Of a stretch of 29,575 bases of DNA, positions 17,016 to 25,037 are shown in pieces. The stretch comes from Elusimicrobiota bacterium. Lineage in GTDB: Bacteria > Elusimicrobiota > Elusimicrobia > UBA1565 > JACRDR01. The DNA lies in the NCBI GenBank assembly GCA_041694815.1, contig JBGFSC010000052.1, positions 1 to 29,575 on the forward strand, read 5' to 3'. The stretch's first letter is position 1. Each line of letters starts with the position of its first letter. The notes below the pieces were generated by a model, which ran no database searches, was not told the origin of the DNA, and was given only the letters and a program-made list of their open reading frames with translations. Position numbers and translations under genes: made by a program.

Positions 17016-17393
17016 GTGGTTAGTAGGAAGGCGGTTGTCTGCGACGATGACCGGGTAATGGTTGACTTGGTTTCCCTCCTGCTGACCAAGCACGGTTTTT
17101 CGGTGTTTCAGGCCCATAACGGGCAAGAGGCCCTCGATTTAGTGTTGGCGGAAAAGCCTAAATTCCTGGTGCTCGACCTGGACATGCCGGTTAAGACCGG
17201 CTGGGGGCTTCTGGCCGATTTGCAGGGCAGGCGCCCGGAGGGCCTCTACATCCTGATCTTATCCAATCACGAAAATCCCGAGATGCACCAGCGGCTTAAG
17301 GAATTGGGCGCCAACCACGTCATTACCAAGCCCTTCGATCCAGCCCATTTCATCGAAGGCGTCTCGGATCTCTGCCAGCGGGGCGTGCTATGA
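17016..17393 (+). CDS. Single-domain response regulator (REC)
   Basis: VVCDDD, VLDLDMP, ILS, ITKPF. ATGA overlap with the ATPase gene. Confidence 0.92.
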   Translation: MVSRKAVVCDDDRVMVDLVSLLLTKHGFSVFQAHNGQEALDLVLAEKPKFLVLDLDMPVKTGWGLLADLQGRRPEGLYILILSNHENPEMHQRLKELGANHVITKPFDPAHFIEGVSDLCQRGVL

Positions 17394-19081
17394 CGAAGGC
17401 CAAGGACGACAAGCAATTCGATTTCCGCAAGGCTACCATCGGCGAATCGCTGGTCTACATCGGCGTCATCAACGAGGAACAGCTCAAGGCCTCCCTCAAG
17501 AAATGCGATCCGGACCAGCATAACCTGACGGACGTGCTCATTTCCTCGGGATATACCACCGAGGAAAAGATACTCAAGGCGATCAGCATCCGCTTGCACG
17601 TGCCGTACCTGCTCAATTTCGACGGCATCCTCGACCCCGGCGTCGCCAAGCTGATCCCGGAAGCTCTCGCGCGCAAGCACCTGATCGTGCCCATCAACCG
17701 CTCCGACGACGTGCTGACGATCGGCATGGCAAACCCTTTGGACGTCCCGGCCGTCGACGAGCTCATCAGCGTCACCGGCCTGCAGATCAAGCCGGTCGCC
17801 ACCACGCTCAATAATCTCTTCGCGACCATCCAGAAGGTATACGCCTCCGTTGCGAAAGAGGAGAAGCCAGCGGGCAAGGCCCCCGCGAAAAACGGGGCCG
17901 GCGTGCAGGCGGAGGAGAGCTCGGTCATCGAGGACGTCAATTCGCTGCTCTATGAGAGCATCGCCCGGAGGGCCAGCGACATACACCTGGAGCCCACGCC
18001 GGACAAGCTACGCGTTCGCTATCGGGTCGACGGCGTCCTCTACGCCGGCAAGACCTTCCCCAAGGAGCTCGAGGCGGCCGTCGTCGCGCGCATCAAGCTC
18101 CTGGCCAAGCTCGACATTACCGAGACCCGCCTGAGCCAGGACGGGCACCTGCGCTTCGATTACGGCAAGCGTTCGATCGACGTGCGCGTCTCGACCATGC
18201 TGACCGTGCACGGCGAGAAGGTGGTGCTGCGCTTGCTCGACACCAGCCAGGCCCTGCGCACGATCGAGGAGCTCGACATCTCCCCCGAGAACCAGAAGGG
18301 CTATCTTGCCGCCATCTCCAAGCCCAACGGGATCGTCTTGGTGACCGGCCCGACGGGCAGCGGGAAGACGACGACCCTCTACGCGACCCTGGCCAGGCTT
18401 AACGAGGTCTCGCGCAATATCGTCACCCTGGAAAACCCGGTCGAGTACCGCATCGACGGCTTAAACCAAGTGGAGACCCATGACAAGATCGGCCTGACCT
18501 TCGCTTCCGGCCTGCGGACGATACTGCGCCAGGACCCCAACATCATCCTTGTCGGCGAGATTCGCGACATCGAGACGGCCGAGACCGCGATGCAGGCGGC
18601 GGTGACCGGCCACCTGGTGTTTAGTACCCTGCACACCAACGACGCGGTGTCCGCGATCCATCGGCTGCTCGACATGGACGTCGAGCCGTTCCTTTTGGCC
18701 GCCGCCCTTCGCGGGATCCTGGCCCAGCGCCTGCTGCGCCGGCTCTGCGATCATTGCAAGCGACCGCAGCAGCCGGGCGATCTCGAGGTGGAGGCCCTGG
18801 GCGCCCCCGTGGACAAGAACGCCGCCTATTACGTGCCTGTCGGTTGCGACCGCTGCGGGCAGACCGGCTATTTCGGGCGCATCGGCATCCACGAGTGGCT
18901 CAACATCGACGCGCAGATCCGCCGGCATATCATGAGTAAGTCCTCGCACGACGAGGCCTTGGCGGCCGCCAAGGCGGGTGGGATGGTCAGCCTCTATGAC
19001 GACGCGATGGCCAAGGCGAAGGCGGGGTTGAGCTCCTTGGCGGAGGTCATCCGCGTCACCCGCCAAGAGCGGTCCGGCTGA
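17390..19081 (+). CDS. pilB: GspE/PilB-family secretion/pilus assembly ATPase
   Basis: ASDIHLEP, Walker A GPTGSGKTT, Walker B ILVGEIRD, His box GHLVFSTLHTND, Zn motif CDHC...CDRC, MshEN-like N-terminus. Confidence 0.95.
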   Translation: MTKAKDDKQFDFRKATIGESLVYIGVINEEQLKASLKKCDPDQHNLTDVLISSGYTTEEKILKAISIRLHVPYLLNFDGILDPGVAKLIPEALARKHLIVPINRSDDVLTIGMANPLDVPAVDELISVTGLQIKPVATTLNNLFATIQKVYASVAKEEKPAGKAPAKNGAGVQAEESSVIEDVNSLLYESIARRASDIHLEPTPDKLRVRYRVDGVLYAGKTFPKELEAAVVARIKLLAKLDITETRLSQDGHLRFDYGKRSIDVRVSTMLTVHGEKVVLRLLDTSQALRTIEELDISPENQKGYLAAISKPNGIVLVTGPTGSGKTTTLYATLARLNEVSRNIVTLENPVEYRIDGLNQVETHDKIGLTFASGLRTILRQDPNIILVGEIRDIETAETAMQAAVTGHLVFSTLHTNDAVSAIHRLLDMDVEPFLLAAALRGILAQRLLRRLCDHCKRPQQPGDLEVEALGAPVDKNAAYYVPVGCDRCGQTGYFGRIGIHEWLNIDAQIRRHIMSKSSHDEALAAAKAGGMVSLYDDAMAKAKAGLSSLAEVIRVTRQERSG

Positions 19082-20322
19082 TGCCCCGCTATTCGTACAA
19101 GGCCGTCGACGCGAGAGGCAAGGTCGCCACCGGAGTCTCCACCGCCGAGAGCCTCGAGGCCTTGACGAGGGTCCTGGGCCAGCAGGGCCTTTTCCTGATG
19201 GAGGGCCGCGAGGACAAGAGCCCCGCGCCCGCGGCCGCCCCCGTCCCTTCCGCCCGCCCCCTGCCCAACAGCGCCAAGCTGGCCAAGGCGGTCAAGGTCG
19301 AGGAGCTCGCCGCCTTCACGCAACAGTTCTCGATGTCGATTAAGGGTGCTCTGCCGTTGCTCGAGACCGTCCAGACCTTAGCACAGCAGCAGACCAACCC
19401 GACGTTACAAGCCGTGCTCTACGCCGTCAGCGACGATATCCAGCACGGGCAGCCGATTTCCCAGGCCATGGCGCGCTTCCCGACGGTATTTGACGGGGTC
19501 TACTGCAGCATGGTTTCCGTCGGCGAGGCGACTGGAAAGCTCGTCGACGTGCTGCAGAGATTGGTGAACTATCTCGAGTTCCAGCGCCAGCTCAGGTCCA
19601 GGCTGCGTTCGGCGCTGCTCTATCCCGCCGTCGTCATCATCACGGCCCTGGCCGTCTGCGTGTTTCTCATCATGTTCGTCATCCCCACCTTCGCCGAGAT
19701 CTTCGCCCAATTCAATATCGAGCTGCCGCTGCCCACCAAGGTCCTGCTGGCGGTCAGCCGCAACGCCTGCGACTACTGGTTCTTTTATTTTCTGGCTATT
19801 TTTCTCACCTTTAATTTCGGCAAGGGATGGCTCACCGACAGGCGCAACCGCCACATCGTCGACCCCCTGATCCTGCGCATCCCCGTGGTGGGCGTATTGG
19901 CCCGCAACGTCGCGTTGACGCGCATCCTGAGGACGCTCTCGGCCCTGGTGACCGCCGGCACGCCCATACTCAAGGCGCTGGAGCTCACGCGCGCGGTCGC
20001 GGGTAACGCCGTGTTCGAGGAGCTCATCGACGACGTGGCCCGCAACGTCAGCCAGGGCAAGGGGATCTCGCCGGCCCTCGCGAGGCACCCCCATTTCCCG
20101 CGCATCGTCGCCAATATGATCGGCAATTCCGAGAAGACCGGCCAGGTGGCCGAGGTGCTCGAGAACGCCGCGAACTTCTACGACGCGATGACGGAGAATT
20201 CGATCAAGGACCTTTTCTCCGTCATCGAGCCCGTCTTCATCGTGGTGCTGGGCGCCATGGTCTCGGGCATCGCCCTCTGCGTGCTGCTGCCGATGTTCAA
20301 CCTGGGCCAAGGGTTGGAGTGA
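19081..20322 (+). CDS. pilC: GspF/PilC-family inner-membrane platform protein
   Basis: MPRYSYKAVD start, GEATGKL, ALLYP + TM, ELPLPTK, EKTGQV, IEP + terminal TM ending LLPMF. Confidence 0.95.
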   Translation: MPRYSYKAVDARGKVATGVSTAESLEALTRVLGQQGLFLMEGREDKSPAPAAAPVPSARPLPNSAKLAKAVKVEELAAFTQQFSMSIKGALPLLETVQTLAQQQTNPTLQAVLYAVSDDIQHGQPISQAMARFPTVFDGVYCSMVSVGEATGKLVDVLQRLVNYLEFQRQLRSRLRSALLYPAVVIITALAVCVFLIMFVIPTFAEIFAQFNIELPLPTKVLLAVSRNACDYWFFYFLAIFLTFNFGKGWLTDRRNRHIVDPLILRIPVVGVLARNVALTRILRTLSALVTAGTPILKALELTRAVAGNAVFEELIDDVARNVSQGKGISPALARHPHFPRIVANMIGNSEKTGQVAEVLENAANFYDAMTENSIKDLFSVIEPVFIVVLGAMVSGIALCVLLPMFNLGQGLE

Positions 20323-20861
20323 GCGCCGGCGATCAAACCCATCGACGCCACTCGCGCCGCGACATTAGCGGCTTTATTTTAGTCGAGGTGTCGATGGCCT
20401 ACGTCGTGCTCGCGCTGGCCCTCGTGGCCCTGCTTCCCATATTCATCCTCTCGATACGCGCTAACTTGAACAGCCGCCATCTCTTGACGGCCGTCCATCT
20501 GTCGCAGGCCCTCGTGGAGGAGATCCGCCTGCGGCGTTGGGACCAGGCGACCCCCCCCTCGCGCGCGGCGATCCAGCAGGGCAGCCCCATCGGTATCGAC
20601 GCCGGGGAGAATATCGCCGACAAAAGGACATTCAACGACATCGATGATTTCAATGGTTGGAACGAGGCGCCTCCCCTAGGTCCCCTGATGCAGCCGCTAT
20701 CGGCCGATTTCGCGGCCTACAGCCGCTCGGTCACGGTCCAGTACGTGACCTTAAGCCTCGCGCCCACCTCCGGCCCCACGGACCATAAGATGGTTACGGT
20801 CTGCACCAGCCATCCCAAGTTCAAGCCCGTTTGCCAACAGGCGATCCTGACCAATCATTGA
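20319..20861 (+). CDS. Minor (pseudo)pilin, PilV/GspI-like
   Basis: Class III signal G|FILVEVSMAYVVLALALVALL with E5; C-terminal Cys pair. Confidence 0.8.
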   Translation: MSAGDQTHRRHSRRDISGFILVEVSMAYVVLALALVALLPIFILSIRANLNSRHLLTAVHLSQALVEEIRLRRWDQATPPSRAAIQQGSPIGIDAGENIADKRTFNDIDDFNGWNEAPPLGPLMQPLSADFAAYSRSVTVQYVTLSLAPTSGPTDHKMVTVCTSHPKFKPVCQQAILTNH

Positions 20862-20864
20862 CCT

Positions 20865-21392
20865 ATGAATCCGGCCGCCCGCAACCGATCCCGTGGAGTG
20901 ACGCTGGCCGAGGTGATGATCGCGGTGGCCGTCGCCGGTAGCCTGGCCCTCGTCATCGCGGCCTTGTTTAGGGCGGGACTCACGAGCTATCAATTCAGCA
21001 TCCGCCAGACCTTCTTCCTTTCAGGCATCCGCAAGGCGCTAAGCGGAGAGGGATCGCAGCAGGGCTTGAATTGGGCCGGCATGAGCGCCCAGGCGGCCGG
21101 TAACTTAAATCCCAACGATATTCAATTCCTCTTCTCGAGCGTTCCGGCCGTGGACTATTACGTCTCGAGCAACACCTTGTACCGGCGGCAGTTGTCGAGC
21201 GCCTATCCCCTGGCGCCGAATATCAATTCCCTCTCCTTTGACTACTATCAGCTAGACGGCTCTGGCTTGATCGTGGCCTCCACGGCGCCCGAGTCCGCGC
21301 TGCTCGTCACCGTCGCTGCGTCGATGCGGGGATCGGTCCTGGAGAAGAACTACTCCTTGTTCTCGGCGGCCCAGCTGCGCAACCATCAATGA
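20865..21392 (+). CDS. Minor (pseudo)pilin, PilW/GspJ-like
   Basis: RG|VTLAEVMIAVAVAGSLALVI with E5; ends AQLRN. Confidence 0.82.
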   Translation: MNPAARNRSRGVTLAEVMIAVAVAGSLALVIAALFRAGLTSYQFSIRQTFFLSGIRKALSGEGSQQGLNWAGMSAQAAGNLNPNDIQFLFSSVPAVDYYVSSNTLYRRQLSSAYPLAPNINSLSFDYYQLDGSGLIVASTAPESALLVTVAASMRGSVLEKNYSLFSAAQLRNHQ

Positions 21393-22519
21393 GGCTTGGC
21401 AACTCGCGCGGTTCGGGCATCGTCATGTGCCTCGTCTCCGTCGTCGTTCTCTCGGCCCTTTCCATCACCTCCTATCGCCTGACCCAGGCCGCCGTGAAGG
21501 AGAGCCTCTACCAGCGCCGCGGCATGGAGGCGCAGGCCATCGCCGAGGCAGGGATGGAAGACGCGCTTTATCAGCTCTACCTCAATTCGGGCTGGCGCAC
21601 GGGCTTCTCGCAGAAGCCTTTCTTCGGCGGGTACTACACGGTGACGCTTTCCACCGACAACCCACCGTGGATTACCTCGAAGGGCTATTCCGCCGCCATC
21701 GCCCGTTTCGGGCGCGCCTCGCGTACCATCCGGCTCCAGAGCCGTATTAATTTCGGAAGCGGATCGAGCTGGGGAGAATTCGCGCAGAGCGTATATTCGG
21801 TCGCGGGCACCGTCGACGCCTACGATTCGGCGATCAACCCGCAGCCCTCCTCGTTCTCCAATGGGGCCAATGTCTGGTCCAATGGCGAGGTCCGCACCAG
21901 TGGTCGCGGGATTCGGATTTTTGGAAATGTCAGTTATCGCACGGGCGCCGCCCCCGACCCCCAGAATATCTCCGGCGCGATCTTCCAATCGACGTACTCC
22001 ATCTCGCTGCCCGTTCGCGACGGCTCGGCCTACATCACCAATAACGACAACGCCACGGGTCTGACCCCGTCGTCGGTCTATAACGCGGCGACCAAGAATG
22101 TCGATATCCGGCGCGGCCGCAGCGCCACGATACGGACGGGCAATTATTATTTCAACAACGTCGACGTGAAAGGCACGCTCAATATCGACGCCTCCTCGGG
22201 GCCCGTCGTCATCTATCTCGCCGGTGACTGGATCCGCGCGAACGGAGACGTGATCAATCCCACCTATCTCCCTTCTAATTTCGCCATTTACGGCCAAGCC
22301 GCCACCCTACTGGATTTCTCATCGCCGACGGCCCTATACGCGGTGGTCGAGGCCCCCTTGGCGAATGTCAACATCAACCAGATTTTTTACGGGCGCGTCA
22401 TCGGCAACAACGTGGACGTCGCCAACCGGGCGGCCGTGCATCATGACCTGCAATTCGGAGGCGGGCTGCAGGCCACCCATGTCGACTGGCAGCCCGGCAG
22501 CTGGTCGGTGGGGTATTAA
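21389..22519 (+). CDS. PilX/GspK-like minor pilin with a large C-terminal beta-rich domain
   Basis: RG|SGIVMCLVSVVVLSAL (no E5) and AQAIAEAGMEDA (PilX N-terminal motif). The C-terminal half is rich in N/G/S/V/I and looks like a beta-solenoid. Confidence 0.8.
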   Translation: MRLGNSRGSGIVMCLVSVVVLSALSITSYRLTQAAVKESLYQRRGMEAQAIAEAGMEDALYQLYLNSGWRTGFSQKPFFGGYYTVTLSTDNPPWITSKGYSAAIARFGRASRTIRLQSRINFGSGSSWGEFAQSVYSVAGTVDAYDSAINPQPSSFSNGANVWSNGEVRTSGRGIRIFGNVSYRTGAAPDPQNISGAIFQSTYSISLPVRDGSAYITNNDNATGLTPSSVYNAATKNVDIRRGRSATIRTGNYYFNNVDVKGTLNIDASSGPVVIYLAGDWIRANGDVINPTYLPSNFAIYGQAATLLDFSSPTALYAVVEAPLANVNINQIFYGRVIGNNVDVANRAAVHHDLQFGGGLQATHVDWQPGSWSVGY

Positions 22520-22520
22520 C

Positions 22521-22549
22521 TTGTTTGGCCATGCCTTTATTGCTACACT
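22521..22549 (+). promoter_or_regulatory. Possible sigma70 promoter for hybrid kinase 3
   Basis: TTGTTT (22521-22526), 17 nt, TGcTACACT (hexamer 22544-22549). Confidence 0.55.
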
Positions 22550-22572
22550 TTTACCGTCTATTAGTGCGACAA

Positions 22573-23718
22573 ATGGATGACAAGAAAGAGTCCGGGCTGC
22601 GGATTCTGATCGTCGAGGACGATCTTCCCCTCCAGATCCTCTGCTCGGAGGCCCTGCGCTCGGAAGGATTCTCCACCGAGACCTGCGGCTCGGTGGCCAC
22701 GGGCGTGGCCGCGTTCAACAAGAACCGGCCGCATCTGCTGCTGCTCGACATCAATTTGCCCGACGGCACCGGCTTGGACGTGGCCAAGAAGACCGGGGTG
22801 GCCCAGAACCGGGACGTTCCCTTCATGTTCATGACCGCCCGGGGCGATTCCGACACCCGGCTCACCTGTTTCCGTCTCGGCGCGTCGGACTACATCCAAA
22901 AGCCGATCGTCATCGAGGAGTTGATCGCGCGGGTACGGGTCCACCTGGAGATACAGAAGTCGAGGGAGCATGTCTCCAAGATCAGCTACGAGGCCGAGGT
23001 CCGCGAGCGCGCCCGCCAGGACATGATGGACATGATCGTGCACGATCTCAAGGCGCCGTTGTCCTCGATCAAGGGCACCCTGGAGCTGCTGCGCCTGCAG
23101 GGCTTGGTCACGGACAAGAATTGCGAGCGTTTCAATAATATCGGAAACACCGCCAATTTCATGCTGCTCATGCTCAACGACCTGCTCGATATCGGCCACG
23201 CGCAGGCGGTGGGGTTGAGCGTTTCTCCCTCGAGCATAGAGCTTTCGGCGTTGACCGAAAAATTAAAATCGTTTTTTTCTGGATACTGCGAGACCTTGGG
23301 GATCAAGCTGGAGTTCCAGATCTCGCCCATGCTGGCTTCGATCGAGACCGATCAAAATCTAATCTTCCGGGTTTTGGCCAATTTGATCTCCAATGCCACC
23401 CACTTCTCCGAGCGCGGACAATCCGTGCTCGTCGCCGCCGAAAGGCAGAAAAACGGCCAGGTGCGCCTTTCCGTTCTGGACCGCGGCCCGGGCGTTCCGG
23501 ACGCCGAGAAGGAGAAGATTTTCGAGAAGTTCGTCACGAAAGGAAAGACGGCAACGGGGATGGAGGCCGAGAGCGGCACGGGTATCGGCCTGACTTTCTG
23601 CCGGTTGGCGGCCGAGGCGATGAAGGGCAGGGTCTGGGTCGAGGATCGTCCCGGCGGCGGAAGCGTGTTCCATTTCGAATTTCCCGAGAAGAGCCGGGCC
23701 GCGGCTGGCGTCAGCTGA
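22573..23718 (+). CDS. Cytoplasmic hybrid REC-HisKA-HATPase kinase, paralog 3
   Basis: ILIVEDD, LLDINLPDG, YIQKP, VHDLKAP, NLISNA, GTGIGL. ATG 22573 is preferred to the track's TTG at 22525. Confidence 0.93.
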   Translation: MDDKKESGLRILIVEDDLPLQILCSEALRSEGFSTETCGSVATGVAAFNKNRPHLLLLDINLPDGTGLDVAKKTGVAQNRDVPFMFMTARGDSDTRLTCFRLGASDYIQKPIVIEELIARVRVHLEIQKSREHVSKISYEAEVRERARQDMMDMIVHDLKAPLSSIKGTLELLRLQGLVTDKNCERFNNIGNTANFMLLMLNDLLDIGHAQAVGLSVSPSSIELSALTEKLKSFFSGYCETLGIKLEFQISPMLASIETDQNLIFRVLANLISNATHFSERGQSVLVAAERQKNGQVRLSVLDRGPGVPDAEKEKIFEKFVTKGKTATGMEAESGTGIGLTFCRLAAEAMKGRVWVEDRPGGGSVFHFEFPEKSRAAAGVS

Positions 23719-23739
23719 CGCCAGCTGACGTTTTAGGCA

Positions 23740-23768
23740 TTGACAATTGTCAGTTTAGGTGGTATTAG
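23740..23768 (+). promoter_or_regulatory. sigma70 promoter with a palindrome over the -35
   Basis: TTGACA (23740-23745), 17 nt, TGgTATTAG (hexamer 23763-23768). TGACAATTGTCA palindrome at 23741-23752. Confidence 0.6.
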
Positions 23769-23774
23769 CATGGC

Positions 23775-24893
23775 ATGCCTTCGGACCGCGGCAGCATCCT
23801 GCTGATCAGTTCTGACGATCCCTTCTACAGCACGCTGCAGCGTTTCCTCGAAGTTCTGGGTTTCGACGTGCTTCTTGCCAAGAATGCGGAAGACGGCCTG
23901 CCCGCGGCCAGGGTCGCCCAGCCGCAGTTGATCATCTTGGACCTTCATTTGGGTGAGGGCGACGAGGGCAAGCAACTGCTCAACGAGCTAAAACAGGACG
24001 ATTCCACTCGAGTTATCCCCGTCATTGCCGTTGCCGACAGTTCCGATGGGGAGCAGGAGGCCTGGGCTCGCTGCGCCGGCGCCAATCTGTTCTTGGTCAA
24101 ATCGTACCTGCTGGAGCAGGAGATACGGCCGTTGATACTCCAAATCAATTCCCTATTGGTTTTGACCCAGCGCTCCGAGGAGCGCCGTTTGGGCCTGGTA
24201 TTCACGGTGCTGGTCATCGACGACGAGGAGGAGATGGCCGAGCGACTGCGGATACTATTCAAGGACCAGCCCTATCGCTTCCTTTGGGCCCCCAGCGGGC
24301 AAAAGGGCCTTCGGATGGCCGGCGAGGAGCTGCCGGACCTGATCCTTTTGGACCTGAATATGCCGGGCATGTCCGGCGACGAGGTATGCCGGAGGTTGCG
24401 GGCGCAGGAGGAGTGGTTTCCCGTCCCGATCGCGATGCTGACCGGCGACGCCAGGGCGCAAAAGGAGGCGCATTGCCTAGACCTGGGCGCCGATGATTAT
24501 TTGCTCAAGACCGATCCGCCGACCCGGCTGATGGCCCGCATCCGCTCGCTGATCCGCCGGCGCCTCGGCGCGGATCACCGCTCCCGCATAGAGATCGGGC
24601 GCGTTTCGCTCGATATCTTGAAGGGCCGGCTGATGCTCATCGGGCAGGAGCCCATCGCCCTGTCGAAGGCGGAGACATCCCTGTGCACCTATTTGATGAG
24701 CGCCGCTGGGAAATCCCTGTCCCGCCAGGCCCTCTACAAGAAGCTCTCGAATATCTGGTCGGATCCAGGCGCCAAAGGGCTGGAAAGCTCCGTCGACGCG
24801 ATCAAGAGCAAGCTGGGTGCTTCGGGCGATCTCATCGAGACGAGTGACGGAAACTACCGTTTCAACATCGAATACGCCAAGGATGGGCGTTAA
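23775..24893 (+). CDS. Tandem-receiver response regulator (REC-REC-winged helix)
   Basis: REC1 (ILDLHLG, degenerate). REC2 (VIDDE, LLDLNMPGMSG, MLT, GADDYLLK). C-terminal OmpR-like LSKAETSLCTYLM...IKSKLG...GNYRF. Confidence 0.88.
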   Translation: MPSDRGSILLISSDDPFYSTLQRFLEVLGFDVLLAKNAEDGLPAARVAQPQLIILDLHLGEGDEGKQLLNELKQDDSTRVIPVIAVADSSDGEQEAWARCAGANLFLVKSYLLEQEIRPLILQINSLLVLTQRSEERRLGLVFTVLVIDDEEEMAERLRILFKDQPYRFLWAPSGQKGLRMAGEELPDLILLDLNMPGMSGDEVCRRLRAQEEWFPVPIAMLTGDARAQKEAHCLDLGADDYLLKTDPPTRLMARIRSLIRRRLGADHRSRIEIGRVSLDILKGRLMLIGQEPIALSKAETSLCTYLMSAAGKSLSRQALYKKLSNIWSDPGAKGLESSVDAIKSKLGASGDLIETSDGNYRFNIEYAKDGR

Positions 24894-25037
24894 TTAAAAA
24901 CGACAGTTTTTACGCGCTTTGAGCGCGTTGCTTGGCACGTTACGCGTGCCAAGCTCGGAATACTCGCGAGAAACCTCGAACTCGTCGCGCGAAGCGCGAC
25001 GAGTCACGCGCCCGAGGCGCGTAAAAGCTGCCGTTAG
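24894..25037. repeat. Composite palindromic element between convergent genes (four hairpins, inverted end copies)
   Basis: acgcgct-ttg-agcgcgt; gcttggcacg-ttacg-cgtgccaagc (24930-24954); actcgtcgcgc-GAA-gcgcgacgagt (24980-25004); acgcgcc-cga-ggcgcgt (25006-25022). Confidence 0.8.

Noticed and set aside
7879..23673. Long antisense ORFs (e.g. 9181-10215, 15768-16742, 19405-20310, 21386-22297)
   Set aside because: They overlap well-supported genes on the opposite strand, are expected in high-GC DNA, and show no recognisable motifs.
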